Virus record (IMG/VR): IMGVR_UViG_3300034073_002726
Location: 1-58,460 of that record
Direction: 5' to 3' (one strand)
Origin: a virus
Taxonomy: Duplodnaviria; Caudoviricetes
DNA length: 58,460 bases
A program made the translations under genes and the position numbers. This document shows positions 17,071 to 26,907 of this stretch, one piece after another. Within the stretch, counting starts at the first letter, position 1, and each line of letters starts with the position of its first letter. The notes under the pieces are model-generated. The model was not told where the DNA came from and did no database searches. It saw nothing but the letters and a program-made list of their open reading frames with translations.

Positions 17071-18938
17071 TATCGTTTTCTCACAAATGCGATGAGCGTT
17101 GTCTCGACGCGGGGCTCGCCGCCTGGGAAATACAAAGAACAGGACAACGTGTTTGCGCCTGGGGACAACGTTACGCGCGACGACCTACTTAAGGATGGGA
17201 TAGGGAAGTTTGAGTACCCATCATTACTAGACGGGGTGACAATAGAAAACAACGACCATGGCACCCCCCCAGTAATTTCATATCTTGGCTCATCGCTGCC
17301 TGTGGCCCAATAAGTAGCCGACTGGAGCCCCTGCCACGAAGCCAGCAACTGTGCTTCCCATACCTCTCCTTCTGGCACATTCACAACAATTGTCGCAGAC
17401 CTGTTGCCCGTGTCTGTGAACATGGTGCTGACCGCGTTGCCTGCGATGTTGACGGTGCTCACCGCGTTGATGGCGTCCGCAGTCAGGGTTCCTGAAAAAG
17501 AACCGCTCGCCGCCTGCAGCGACCCTTTGAACGTGCCAGTGGCCGCCGACAACTCGCCTTTGAATGTGCCAGTGGCCGCCGACAACTCGCCTTTGAATGT
17601 GCCAGTGGCCGCAGCCAGCGCCCCGGAAAACGTGGCGTCCCCCTGGATGTTGAGCTTGGTTCCGCTCCAGGTGAGGGCCGACCCCAGCGAAAACCGCCCA
17701 TCGTTGCCAAGGTAGAACCCAGGCCCCACACCATAGGGCGCCGTTCTCAGGCCGTCCTGGTCGATCGCAATGCCAGAAATCGCCCCGTAGTTGGCAAACA
17801 CGCCGCCGCGCACAACCACCTCACGGAAGTCTGCCAGGCCATCGCCTGTGATGCGCCACCCTTTGGTGTTGGTGGGGTTGTAGGTTGAACTCTGGATGTA
17901 CTGCCCGACAGCGATGGACCCGGCCTTGATCTTGTCTGCCGACAAATCCTTGATCTTCGCGTCGTCGATGGCCGCATTGGCGATCTTGGCATTGGTGATC
18001 GTGCCGTTTTTGATAAAGCCGTCTTCGATGTACACACCGGCAGGCACCTCCACGCCGTTGATCGTCGTTGGCGTTGTCTGCACAATGAACGGCCGGGTGG
18101 AGCTAATCGCACCATCGGTAGATGGCGCCCCCACATAGAACCTGTTGGCCAGCACCCCGAAGTCGATGCTGGGCCCGCGCTCTGCGCTGTTCGTGCCCAT
18201 AAGGCCATATCCGCCGATCAGCTTTTTGCCATCGGCCGCCACCTGCACGCGCATACCGTACTGCGTGGCCAGGTACTTCACCCCCGCCATCGAGTCGTCG
18301 ATGACTTGCGACAGCTCGGTGTTCAGCTCCGAGCCAGTGATTTGCCCATTGAGCGCATCCAGCAGCCGCTGCACATCTTCGCCCGTGCGCACCTGCAGGC
18401 CATTGATGCCGCCTGCAGGTGTGACCGACTCCACGCCGTCGCGCGTGCGCCAGGTGATCCACATGTGCCAAATCGTGGCCGGGTCAGTGGGGTATCCGTA
18501 AACCTCCCCGATGAAGTCCGCAATTCTCGTCGCCTGGGCAAAGGTTGGCAGCGGGTCGCCACTGTTGCGCTTGGCGCCATAAACAATGGTTCGGTCATGG
18601 CCACGCCCCTGAGTGTAGGTCGGGGCATCGTGCGTAATGAACACATTGGTAATCCCGGCGTCCAGCGCGAACCCCGTGGGCGTTGGCGGCGGCGTCAGAT
18701 CCTCCGTCTGGTCTTCTGTGGGGATGTTTGGATACACGCGCCCCGGCCGAATGGTCGTGTTGGGCCCACGACCTCCACCATACTCAAGCAGCCCAATATC
18801 CGTCAGGTCGCGCAGAGTCAACCCTTTGTCCAATGGGTCGCCGCGCAGGCCCATGTAAACCTGCAGCGTTTCCCGAATGCGTGCCTCAAAGTTGGGCGAG
18901 CCAGGGGCTGGGATGTCTAGGCGCTTGTCTTCACTCAT
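17070..18938 (-). CDS. Tail fibre/receptor-binding protein
   Basis: ATGA-coupled start MSEDKRLDIP; fibre motifs ITNAKIANAAIDDAKI, GTFKGELSAAT repeats; lower-GC C-terminus. Confidence 0.8.
   Translation of the reverse strand: MSEDKRLDIPAPGSPNFEARIRETLQVYMGLRGDPLDKGLTLRDLTDIGLLEYGGGRGPNTTIRPGRVYPNIPTEDQTEDLTPPPTPTGFALDAGITNVFITHDAPTYTQGRGHDRTIVYGAKRNSGDPLPTFAQATRIADFIGEVYGYPTDPATIWHMWITWRTRDGVESVTPAGGINGLQVRTGEDVQRLLDALNGQITGSELNTELSQVIDDSMAGVKYLATQYGMRVQVAADGKKLIGGYGLMGTNSAERGPSIDFGVLANRFYVGAPSTDGAISSTRPFIVQTTPTTINGVEVPAGVYIEDGFIKNGTITNAKIANAAIDDAKIKDLSADKIKAGSIAVGQYIQSSTYNPTNTKGWRITGDGLADFREVVVRGGVFANYGAISGIAIDQDGLRTAPYGVGPGFYLGNDGRFSLGSALTWSGTKLNIQGDATFSGALAAATGTFKGELSAATGTFKGELSAATGTFKGSLQAASGSFSGTLTADAINAVSTVNIAGNAVSTMFTDTGNRSATIVVNVPEGEVWEAQLLASWQGLQSATYWATGSDEPRYEITGGVPWSLFSIVTPSSNDGYSNFPIPSLSRSSRVTLSPGANTLSCSLYFPGGEPRVETTLIAFVRKR
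17523..17611. repeat. 33-bp tandem repeat (~2.7 copies) in tail fibre
   Basis: cctttgaa(c/t)gtgccagtggccgccgacaactcg repeated, encoding GTFKGELSAAT. Confidence 0.85.
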
Positions 18939-21637
18939 ACCGCAGCAAGCTCCTGAATACTGGTGGCCAGAATGACTGCCTGAATGGCGGCTGCGCCAGT
19001 GCACTGCACTTCGATGGCCCAATCCATGGCCCGGAACCCCGCGGGCAGACGCAGCGGCTCACGGCTGTGCACCTCTGCAGAAAACCGCTGCACCCCATCG
19101 GCTAGGATGGTCAGCCGCACCGGGTAAGCGCTGGCCACCACCTCTGCGCAGGAGAACGTGGTCGGCTGTGGCTGCCTAAAGGTCTTTGACCGGAACGTCG
19201 CAGACATGAAACCCTCGGCCGCGTCCCACTTCAGAATTCGCGTCCCGCGCAGCACATACAGTTGATCCTGTGAGCTATCAAAGTGCGCAGCGTCAAACCC
19301 CTCACTCAGGAAGAAAATGCCAGCGCCACCGGCCGGGTCCACCATGAACCCTTTGCGCGGGGCCCCTGCTGCTGGCTCATAGCTGCCAAAGTACAGGCCT
19401 TCGTACATTTGCCCAATGATGGTTTCAGGGCGCAGCTTGAGCCAGTCCTCACGCAGCAGCGCGCTGGCCGTCAACACCCGTGCACCGCCTGCGCCGTACC
19501 AGCACAGCCCATCGTTCGATGCCCAGGCCACGCCAGCGCCCATGCTCACCACCGAGCGCGGCGCAATGCAACCCTGCGGGATGTCCAGGGGCGCCTGGTC
19601 CAGCGAGTCCGGGGAAGAACCAGACACCAGGATAGGCTTGCCAGTGGTCAGCACCAGCAGGTTCTGCCCAAACACCCCCAACCCCACCGCGCGGCCGTCA
19701 GGTGGCACTGCGTCGTACTCAATCGGCCAGGCGTAGGGCACATAAGCCTCACAGAATCGCACCGCCCCATTGGTGATGCCTGCCAGCATGCCGTTCCACA
19801 TCGGCGTGAGGGTGTGCAGGTTTTGCTCGGTAAAACTCACAGCACCGCCGCGAGGCACACCTGGCGCAGGTAGCCAATTCTTGGTGGTCAGCACTTCGCC
19901 AATCTTCTGGCCCGTGTCCTTCACCGTGGAAACCGACGCAGCCGCCTCCAGCAGAAAGAAGAAATCTGCGCTTCCGGTTGTGCCAGCCTGGGTGCGGTAC
20001 ACGCGCACGCGATTGATGTTGTAGCCACCGCCAGGTGGTGACGCCAGGTTGGACAGAATCGCCGTTTCGTCAATGGTGCGCTCCACCGCGGCACTCACTG
20101 GGCTCGGCGCACTCTCCCAGCCCCAGTCATTCACATAGGTGTAAACGTAGAAGTAGTCAGCCACCTTGCGCTTTTTGGGGCCGATGACCGTGGCAGCTGC
20201 CGCCTCGCCCCACACCTTGGTGGCCGCAGGCGTGATCTTCTTGATCGTGATGCTCGCGCCAGAGCCAATGGCCTCGATGCGAAGCTGGGTAGATCCGCCT
20301 GCAGATTCCTCTGTGGCGACGATTTTTGACACCGCAGACAGCGCCTGCTTGAGTGAGGCAGGCGTCACCGCTGGAGGGTAGGTGTTCGCCCCCGCCGTCA
20401 GGGTGATAGCGACTGGTGCCGCCTGGCCGATCTGCACCTGCCACTTGTCACCACCCTTGGCATTGGCGGCCAGCCAGGCCTGCGTGATGACCAGCGCGGC
20501 AGTCGCCCCCGATGATCGTTGAATCTCCACCGTCGCCGCGGTAGAAGTGGCCCCAACATTGATGCGCACACCACCAGGCTGGCCCTCGTAGTTCCCGCTG
20601 GAGGCTTCGCTGTAGTCAGCAACTCCACCAGGGACGTAATCTTGCGCTGTGGCCTGCACGCCGCCAGCCGTCAGCGCGGCCACTACACTGGAGCGGCTTT
20701 TGCCTCCAATAGTCACGCCAAAGCGGAAGTCCCCAGAAACCGTGCAGGTCAGCGTGTCTCCGGCCGCCAGGGTTTCCAGCATGGCGTCGGTGATGACGAC
20801 ATTGAACCCCGCGCTGGTGGTGGCCGTGGCTCTCAGCAGAGTGGCTGTCGGCCCAATGTTCCCCACCGATGAAAACAGCTGCGTCAGCGTGGCAGCAGCA
20901 GCATCGTAGTTTTGCGTGGTGCCAGTCAGGCGCTCCAGCGTGAAAGCCTTGCCCACCTCTGTGCCCGTCACCTTGACGCCCAGTGGCGCATCCTCGTCTT
21001 TTTCATCAGCGACAACGGCCTTGATGCCCTGCAGCCCGGTCAGCACCACCGCCAGCTCAGCGGCAGAAACCTTGCTCGTCTCCGTGCCGGGCAGCGTGAA
21101 TGTCTGGGCGTCGCGCCCCGCCACAGAAAGGCGGTACTCGCTGCCACCAGTCAGGGCGGCCACCTGCTTGGCGGAAATCAGCAGCCGGTACTTCCCCTCG
21201 TCTGGGTCTGGTGCCGCCAAAACCACGTTGGCGAACAGCGCTGTGGCTGGTGCAGGCAGCCCGAGCGGGCGGCTCACTGTGGGGTTGGTTGTGGGCTGGT
21301 TGCTGCTCAGCGCCAAATTGCTTGTCACCTTCGGCGCTCCGTCACCAGTGTAGGCGGTGCGCTCTGTGGTGTCCTCCGCATCAAACCCCAGGGCTGTGTG
21401 CACCACATTTGGCCAGGCAAGCCAGTACAGCGTGTCACTTGCGACGCCCCGTCCCATGCGGTAGATGGTCTTCGTGCCGCCAGGCGCAGTAAACACCTGG
21501 GCAGGCTCGCGCCACGGGCGCAAGTCACCACGTCCTGGCTTCTGGTTCAGCGATACCGCGCCCTGCCCGTCTGGAATCAGCTTGGGCTCTGCCGCGCGGT
21601 TCTCACCCAAAAAGCTGGAAATGGCGATGACTGTCAT
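18935..21637 (-). CDS. Tail nozzle/tubular protein with inserted beta-rich domains
   Basis: 900 aa; YVYTYVNDWGWESAPSP and FCEAYVPYAWP motifs of podovirus tail proteins. Confidence 0.7.
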   Translation of the reverse strand: MTVIAISSFLGENRAAEPKLIPDGQGAVSLNQKPGRGDLRPWREPAQVFTAPGGTKTIYRMGRGVASDTLYWLAWPNVVHTALGFDAEDTTERTAYTGDGAPKVTSNLALSSNQPTTNPTVSRPLGLPAPATALFANVVLAAPDPDEGKYRLLISAKQVAALTGGSEYRLSVAGRDAQTFTLPGTETSKVSAAELAVVLTGLQGIKAVVADEKDEDAPLGVKVTGTEVGKAFTLERLTGTTQNYDAAAATLTQLFSSVGNIGPTATLLRATATTSAGFNVVITDAMLETLAAGDTLTCTVSGDFRFGVTIGGKSRSSVVAALTAGGVQATAQDYVPGGVADYSEASSGNYEGQPGGVRINVGATSTAATVEIQRSSGATAALVITQAWLAANAKGGDKWQVQIGQAAPVAITLTAGANTYPPAVTPASLKQALSAVSKIVATEESAGGSTQLRIEAIGSGASITIKKITPAATKVWGEAAAATVIGPKKRKVADYFYVYTYVNDWGWESAPSPVSAAVERTIDETAILSNLASPPGGGYNINRVRVYRTQAGTTGSADFFFLLEAAASVSTVKDTGQKIGEVLTTKNWLPAPGVPRGGAVSFTEQNLHTLTPMWNGMLAGITNGAVRFCEAYVPYAWPIEYDAVPPDGRAVGLGVFGQNLLVLTTGKPILVSGSSPDSLDQAPLDIPQGCIAPRSVVSMGAGVAWASNDGLCWYGAGGARVLTASALLREDWLKLRPETIIGQMYEGLYFGSYEPAAGAPRKGFMVDPAGGAGIFFLSEGFDAAHFDSSQDQLYVLRGTRILKWDAAEGFMSATFRSKTFRQPQPTTFSCAEVVASAYPVRLTILADGVQRFSAEVHSREPLRLPAGFRAMDWAIEVQCTGAAAIQAVILATSIQELAAV

Positions 21638-21714
21638 GTCACTCCTCTGAGTTCAACGCACGCTCTGTATCAACCTGCTTTCGCAACAGGACTACTTAGG
21701 CCACGCCTCGCGCG

Positions 21715-22137
21715 TCACTTGCTGACGCCCTTCACCTTCTCAAACGTCCGCGCCCCGGCAATGCCCAGCATGCCTGTCAGGATGACCCACAAAGCATCCG
21801 TGTCCAGCATGGGAGGGTGCGCCAGCGTTCCGGGAATCCATCCCTTAGCCTGCATGAGTGCCCACGCCCACACCATGAACGGGTAAAGCAGGAACTGGTA
21901 AGCCATCGCAGCCGCGCCCACCCACCCGCAAGCTGGCCGCCACCCGGCCACCCATATGGAGGTGTGCCCAGCTTCGGCCTTGTTCACCTCCATCTGTGCC
22001 GTGAGCAAGCTGGCGTCAATCTTGGCAAGCTCGATCTGGGCGTCCATGCGCTCTTTGTCGGTGGTGACCAAGTCGTCGATCACATTGCCGATGGTGCCGA
22101 TGATTCCGCCCACGGCGGAGACTGCCAGAGGGTTCAT
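21715..22137 (-). CDS. 3-TM holin family protein
   Basis: WVAGWRPACGWV, GMLGIAGARTFEKVKGV motifs; next to endolysin. Confidence 0.85.
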   Translation of the reverse strand: MNPLAVSAVGGIIGTIGNVIDDLVTTDKERMDAQIELAKIDASLLTAQMEVNKAEAGHTSIWVAGWRPACGWVGAAAMAYQFLLYPFMVWAWALMQAKGWIPGTLAHPPMLDTDALWVILTGMLGIAGARTFEKVKGVSK

Positions 22138-22640
22138 GCTGCTTCCTTCAAAACACGCCTAACCCAGCCCAGTAAGAAGCCGCGCTGCGAGCTGTCGCGT
22201 GTGATGATCTGTTCGTACCGGGCCAACTTCGCCAGGGCGTAGCGGGCCAGAAACAGATCGGGGTCGTAGTTGTTCAGGGCCGTAAGGGTCTTAGGCCCCA
22301 TCTTCCCGTCAGGGGTGGTGCCCACCACGATCTGCGCCAGCTTGGCAGCCGTACCGGTGCCAGCGTTCACGGCGAAGTCGAACAGCGTGCGGGCCACGTC
22401 CTGGCTCTGCACCTCTTCCAGTCGTAGCGGCGTCCAGAAGTTGGATCGGTAGAAGCCGCGCACCATTTCAGCCGGTGGAGTGTCTCCAACATCGATGGAG
22501 GCCCACCCTGCCCACTTGGGCCAAGCGTTGCGCGCAATGCCTGCGTATGTCTGCCCGCCGCGGTCGTTCTGGACGGTGTGCAGAACGTACCCACCCTCGT
22601 TGACGATCATGCGTTCGTAGGCTTGAAGAAAGTCGCTCAT
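22134..22640 (-). CDS. Endolysin, GH108 with peptidoglycan-binding domain
   Basis: EGGY...DRGGQTYAGI, FDFAVNAG, DGKMGPKT, FLLGWVRR; ATGA-coupled start. Confidence 0.92.
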   Translation of the reverse strand: MSDFLQAYERMIVNEGGYVLHTVQNDRGGQTYAGIARNAWPKWAGWASIDVGDTPPAEMVRGFYRSNFWTPLRLEEVQSQDVARTLFDFAVNAGTGTAAKLAQIVVGTTPDGKMGPKTLTALNNYDPDLFLARYALAKLARYEQIITRDSSQRGFLLGWVRRVLKEAA

Positions 22641-22966
22641 TTCGGTGTCACTCCGCTTTTCACAGAAGTCCAGAAGGCATACATCGAGGCGCAAAAGCCC
22701 GCGATGTAGCCTATTGGCTTTGCGGCCTTGCCGATCCACTCCAGCACTTTCATGGCCCCCTTGAAGCTGCGGAAGGCTTCCAGCAGCTCGGCGGTGTCGG
22801 CCTTGATCGAGTTGGTGGCGTCGGTGTTTTCTTTGAGCAAGCGCCGGGACTCGGCTTGCTCCAGCTTCACGGCGGTGATTTCGTCGGCGAGGGAGTTCAT
22901 GCGTTTGTCTCCCGTTCTCAGCTCTTTGGCGACGTAATCGTTAAATTCTTCGGGTGTGCGTGGCAT
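22637..22966 (-). CDS. Small coiled-coil membrane protein (lysis-associated?)
   Basis: GAGGA SD; C-terminal hydrophobic helix. Confidence 0.65.
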   Translation of the reverse strand: MPRTPEEFNDYVAKELRTGDKRMNSLADEITAVKLEQAESRRLLKENTDATNSIKADTAELLEAFRSFKGAMKVLEWIGKAAKPIGYIAGFCASMYAFWTSVKSGVTPK

Positions 22967-22973
22967 GACTTCC

Positions 22974-23306
22974 TCAACCACGGTGCACCCCGTTCGGGTC
23001 GATGTTGTCTAGTAGCGCAGTGCGAATTGCGATTGCAACCCGTTGACGCCAGCCATCACCTTCACTGTGCCGCGTGAGGCGGGCAGAGACTGTGAACTCT
23101 TTTGGAAGCTCAAGAAAGAGCGCCGTTGCAACAACGGTATTGACGATCAAGTCCAGCAGCAATCCGACAACGAGCGCCGGGTAGCCGATTGCCTTCATTG
23201 CAGTGGTCAGTTGCCCAGCATCGCGCACTTGCATCAAGCGCATGACAGCGACGTAGTGCACCCAGAGCAGGTACACGCACAGCAGAGTAATTAGGGCATA
23301 GGTCAT
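22974..23306 (-). CDS. Phage membrane protein
   Basis: GGAGG SD; two hydrophobic segments. Confidence 0.7.
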   Translation of the reverse strand: MTYALITLLCVYLLWVHYVAVMRLMQVRDAGQLTTAMKAIGYPALVVGLLLDLIVNTVVATALFLELPKEFTVSARLTRHSEGDGWRQRVAIAIRTALLDNIDPNGVHRG

Positions 23307-23352
23307 TGCAGTACCTCCACGAAGGACAACGAACCCGAGGATTTGATTGCCA

Positions 23353-24864
23353 TTACTTTCCTTTCAATTGATCCACCTCGGACTTGAGTTCCTTGATGGC
23401 TTCAATCAGGAGGCCCACGAGGTTCCCGTAGGCCACCGCGAGGGTTTCCCCGTTGTCCATGACAGCCTCAGGCAGCACCTTTTGCACCTCTTGGGCTACA
23501 ACGCCGGTTTGGCGTGCACCTGTGTCCTTGCGGGTGTAGGTGTAGCCGTTGATGGCGCACACCTTTCCCAAGGCGCCCTCGATCTTGGTCAAATCGGTCT
23601 TGAGGCGAATATCGGATGCCGCAACGACATTTCCGATAGCGGTGAAGTTGCCAGACCCGTCCCATGTAAAGTTATTGAGGTTGCCTACGGACATTGTGAC
23701 GACCATGCTCCCCTCGTAAACATGCATCGCCGCAACGTGTCGCGCTCCCCAGCGTGTCGCTCTCCAGACCATGTAAGCCGCATTTGAGTTTGGGGTATCT
23801 AGCTGCATTGCCGGAACAGTAGTATCAGCGGTCCAGTTCACAAAGGCCGCGCCAATGTCTCCACTCTGCCGCACGGCGCTTGTGCCTGCTGTTTGCTGGA
23901 AGGTCTGGGCAGCACGACCGCTGATGCTGATGGGCCACGAAGTGCCGAAGTTGGTGGCATCTACTTGGCACAGCAAACCACTACCGTCAGTAGCCCAACC
24001 TATAAAAACCTTGTTCGTCCCCTGCCCGGTGGCCCCACCTTGTTGGACGGGTGTGAAGCCGAGAGATGCTTGTTTGCCATCCAGCGCAGCCTGCAAACCC
24101 GAGGTGTCGGCAATGGTATGGCCGTGATAAGTAGCCGCCTTGCCGTTCAGGGCTGTTTGGGTGGCTGTTGAGATGGGCTTGTTGGCATCGCTTGTGTTGT
24201 CAACGTTACCTAGCCCCACCTGCACCTTAGTGACACCATGAGGGTTGCTGGTGTTGCCGGTGTGACTAGTCAGCGTAGCGAGGTTGTCGGATACCTGTTT
24301 TTGCAACTTCCCGAGCGCAGACAAAACCGTGTCCGTAGCGGTGATGACTGCGTTTGTCGCAGTGCTCAGTCCGGCAAGCGTCGCTGCACGAACATCGGTG
24401 AAGAAGTCGCGCCAGGTCTTGTCACCTCGCCAATATTTCTCTGTAGGTGCGGATACAGGTGCTGCGATTACTGACTCTTTTGTAGCCAGGTCTGCTGGCT
24501 GCGAAAAGTTTTCAGCCGTGCCTTTGGTAATGCGCAGCGATAGGTAATCTCCTGCGACAAATGCTTTTGCAGAAGTCCCTTCCTGGGCGCGCTGCACGGT
24601 AATGCGGCACTCTCCTGGAATAGCGTTATTCACGCCAGTCACGCGCATTACTTCGATGTTGGATTCGACGCTGCCCAAGCGCTTAAAAGCCGTCAGCAGG
24701 TAGTAATCACCATCAGTTGGGTTGATAAGCGAACCCGCAGCGCCGTCAGAAATGCGCAGCACCCCATAATCCAGCTCAGTTTCAGGCGTGCCGCTAGATG
24801 GCGCATCCTTTACCGCCGCAATAAAGGTGGATGTGAAATTATTAAGAAACCGCTGCTTTGCCAT
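23353..24864 (-). CDS. Second tail fibre/spike with C-terminal S74 chaperone
   Basis: NPHGVTKVQVGLGNVDNTSDANKPIS, HGHTIADTSGLQAALD, SDIRLKTD...GVVAQEVQKVLPEAV. Confidence 0.88.
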   Translation of the reverse strand: MAKQRFLNNFTSTFIAAVKDAPSSGTPETELDYGVLRISDGAAGSLINPTDGDYYLLTAFKRLGSVESNIEVMRVTGVNNAIPGECRITVQRAQEGTSAKAFVAGDYLSLRITKGTAENFSQPADLATKESVIAAPVSAPTEKYWRGDKTWRDFFTDVRAATLAGLSTATNAVITATDTVLSALGKLQKQVSDNLATLTSHTGNTSNPHGVTKVQVGLGNVDNTSDANKPISTATQTALNGKAATYHGHTIADTSGLQAALDGKQASLGFTPVQQGGATGQGTNKVFIGWATDGSGLLCQVDATNFGTSWPISISGRAAQTFQQTAGTSAVRQSGDIGAAFVNWTADTTVPAMQLDTPNSNAAYMVWRATRWGARHVAAMHVYEGSMVVTMSVGNLNNFTWDGSGNFTAIGNVVAASDIRLKTDLTKIEGALGKVCAINGYTYTRKDTGARQTGVVAQEVQKVLPEAVMDNGETLAVAYGNLVGLLIEAIKELKSEVDQLKGK

Positions 24865-24865
24865 A

Positions 24866-25141
24866 TCAGAAATCCTTGATCCGAACTTTCAGCTCCACCT
24901 CTTTGGCTCGGCCGTCATTGGTGTAGGCCACCACCGTTACCTTGTAGGTCGCGCCAATCACGCCGTCCTGAATCCACACCTTCACGCGAGGGTGCTGAAT
25001 GGCGTAGGTCACGGTCAGGCCTGCGGGCGCCACGGTCACGGCGGCAGTCAACACCCTGTCACCCACGGGAAACCACTCACCAAAATCAATGTCGTAGTCC
25101 CGCACATCGCGGGGTTGTTGGGTCACGGTCCCGAGGAGCAC
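24866..25141 (-). CDS. Fibre-tail adaptor-like protein
   Basis: DVRDYDIDFGEW...VKVWIQDG...YKVTV motif. Confidence 0.7.
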   Translation of the reverse strand: MLLGTVTQQPRDVRDYDIDFGEWFPVGDRVLTAAVTVAPAGLTVTYAIQHPRVKVWIQDGVIGATYKVTVVAYTNDGRAKEVELKVRIKDF

Positions 25142-25144
25142 GGC

Positions 25145-25762
25145 TTACCTCACATAGAAAACGTTGTCGGAGAAGCGCACCACAAAGGTCTGCGCATCCA
25201 CGGCGTACTCATCGAACTGCACACGCTTGACGGTGCCTGGTGATGCGTAGATTTCGGCCAGTGCCGCAACATCCACCACAGAGCTGACTTTTGCTGTCAG
25301 CAGAGCCTGGATCTGCGCAGTAGCCAGGGTAGGCGCGGACTCACCAGTGCGGCGCACGGCGTTCACGCCAGCCTGCGCCAGCCCTGCGGCCTCCAAAGGC
25401 GTGCGCTGCACACGTCGAGCAACTACCAGGATCTGGGCAGCGGCCGCAGCGGCGATGGCAATTTGCACCGCTGGCCGCAAAACAGTCGCCACTGCGCTGG
25501 CCAAGGCTGGCACTACAGCGCTGTGGATGGTCTTGGGCACAGCTGCAACCAAAGCAGCAGCCGATGCACCTACCGCGGCTGCCAGCTTGGCGCGGGCAGT
25601 GACGGTAGGCTGTGCCTTTGCAGTGGATTCCAGCGCAGCGCGCCGCAGGGCTCGCGGCGTCACGGTGGTCAACGCATCGGCAAGCACATTCACCGCCACC
25701 CGGACCGTAACGTCCAGGCGCGTTTCATTGATTGCTGCCTCGTTGATGCCGTGGGTGTTCAT
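25145..25762 (-). CDS. Ala/Val-rich virion structural protein
   Basis: INEAAIN N-terminus, beta-repeat-like body; structural gene context. Confidence 0.65.
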   Translation of the reverse strand: MNTHGINEAAINETRLDVTVRVAVNVLADALTTVTPRALRRAALESTAKAQPTVTARAKLAAAVGASAAALVAAVPKTIHSAVVPALASAVATVLRPAVQIAIAAAAAAQILVVARRVQRTPLEAAGLAQAGVNAVRRTGESAPTLATAQIQALLTAKVSSVVDVAALAEIYASPGTVKRVQFDEYAVDAQTFVVRFSDNVFYVR

Positions 25763-25764
25763 GC

Positions 25765-26181
25765 TTACACCAGGGTCAGCGTGAAGTCACCAGATGCGCC
25801 CTGGCTGCGAACGGCATAAATGTCGTTCACCGTCAGAGTCTTTGGCGTGGGCAGTGCCTCGCTATAGAGCAGCGTGGCTGTCGGATCTGTCGGGCTCGCA
25901 CCTTCCACAATGCCGATATGGGTCAAAGTCACGGGAGAGCCGATGACAGGGGGGAACTCCACATTCACCCCGTTGTAGCTCACACCGTTGGCAGGCGCAG
26001 CAAATGCGCCAGTAGCCCGGCGCTGATACCAAGCAGCGCTGACTTCGGTGCCTGCCGTGAACGCATCTGTGGGGTCTGCCGTGAACAGGGCAAAGTAGGT
26101 TGTGCGGATCGCTGGGAATGCCTGGCCGCGCAAAGTCGCGTTGATGATGGCATTGGCAAGAGATGTGGAAAAACCGGCCAT
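25765..26181 (-). CDS. Virion structural (fibre-associated) protein
   Basis: YFALFTADP...YQR...THIGI motif; AGGAG SD. Confidence 0.7.
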   Translation of the reverse strand: MAGFSTSLANAIINATLRGQAFPAIRTTYFALFTADPTDAFTAGTEVSAAWYQRRATGAFAAPANGVSYNGVNVEFPPVIGSPVTLTHIGIVEGASPTDPTATLLYSEALPTPKTLTVNDIYAVRSQGASGDFTLTLV

Positions 26182-26196
26182 GGTGGCTGCTCCTTT

Positions 26197-26853
26197 TTAA
26201 GTCTGGGGCGCCACGGTGCTGGAGGCTTCCAGCTGAATGCCCGCGGCGTTGTTGAACAAGGCGAGATGGCTGGCAGCAAGCTGCGCATTGCCCGCGACTT
26301 CCGCGTCCTTTGAATAGGCGCGGTAGAGCACGTAATTCAAAAGCGGGTTTGCCCACTCGTCTGGCAGATCAATGTTCCCGCTCACCGTTGCCGCCGCTGG
26401 CCCGCTGGCAGTCGCTGTGGCCGCGGGATAAGCGGAATACACCAACTCCAGTGCCGCTGTTGTAGCGGCAGGCGGGTATGTCAGGAACGCTCGCGGCTCG
26501 CGCAAGTCGTGCATGAAATGCTGAATTTCTGCAGCCGGGGCCATTCCTTGCCAGTCGCGCACCGTGGCGTCCAGCAACACCTGGTCCACCTTGGTAATGG
26601 CACGCTTGCGGACTCCTGCGTTTCGCGGGATGTCGATGAGAGAAGCCGCTGCTGCGGGCAATGTGTGCCGTGCACCTGCCGCAGCTGGTGTGAACGTCAC
26701 AACAGTAGCCGTGGTGTCTGGTCGCATTTGCGCAATAGCGCGCTGCCCATCGTGCAAGTATTTCACCAGCTCAGTGGCCGGCCAGCGTGTGCCAGACACA
26801 TCGAGCAGAGCAATCTGCACGTCAAGGATGATGGACTGGGCGGGAGTGGGCAT
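26197..26853 (-). CDS. Head-tail adaptor protein
   Basis: RWPATELVKYLHDGQ, LLNYVLYRAYSKDAE motifs. Confidence 0.75.
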   Translation of the reverse strand: MPTPAQSIILDVQIALLDVSGTRWPATELVKYLHDGQRAIAQMRPDTTATVVTFTPAAAGARHTLPAAAASLIDIPRNAGVRKRAITKVDQVLLDATVRDWQGMAPAAEIQHFMHDLREPRAFLTYPPAATTAALELVYSAYPAATATASGPAAATVSGNIDLPDEWANPLLNYVLYRAYSKDAEVAGNAQLAASHLALFNNAAGIQLEASSTVAPQT

Positions 26854-26877
26854 GGTGCAATCGGGTTAACGATTGCA

Positions 26878-26907
26878 AGAATCCGCCATTTTTTTCCGGA
26901 GTCAACG
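26878..26907 (-). promoter_or_regulatory. Phage late promoter motif copy (adaptor/tail operon)
   Basis: CGTTGACTCCG; TTGACT-N16-GATTCT. Confidence 0.75.

Noticed and set aside
16654-24864. BPP-1-type diversity-generating retroelement
   Set aside because: No reverse transcriptase and no TR/VR pair with adenine-specific mismatches seen.
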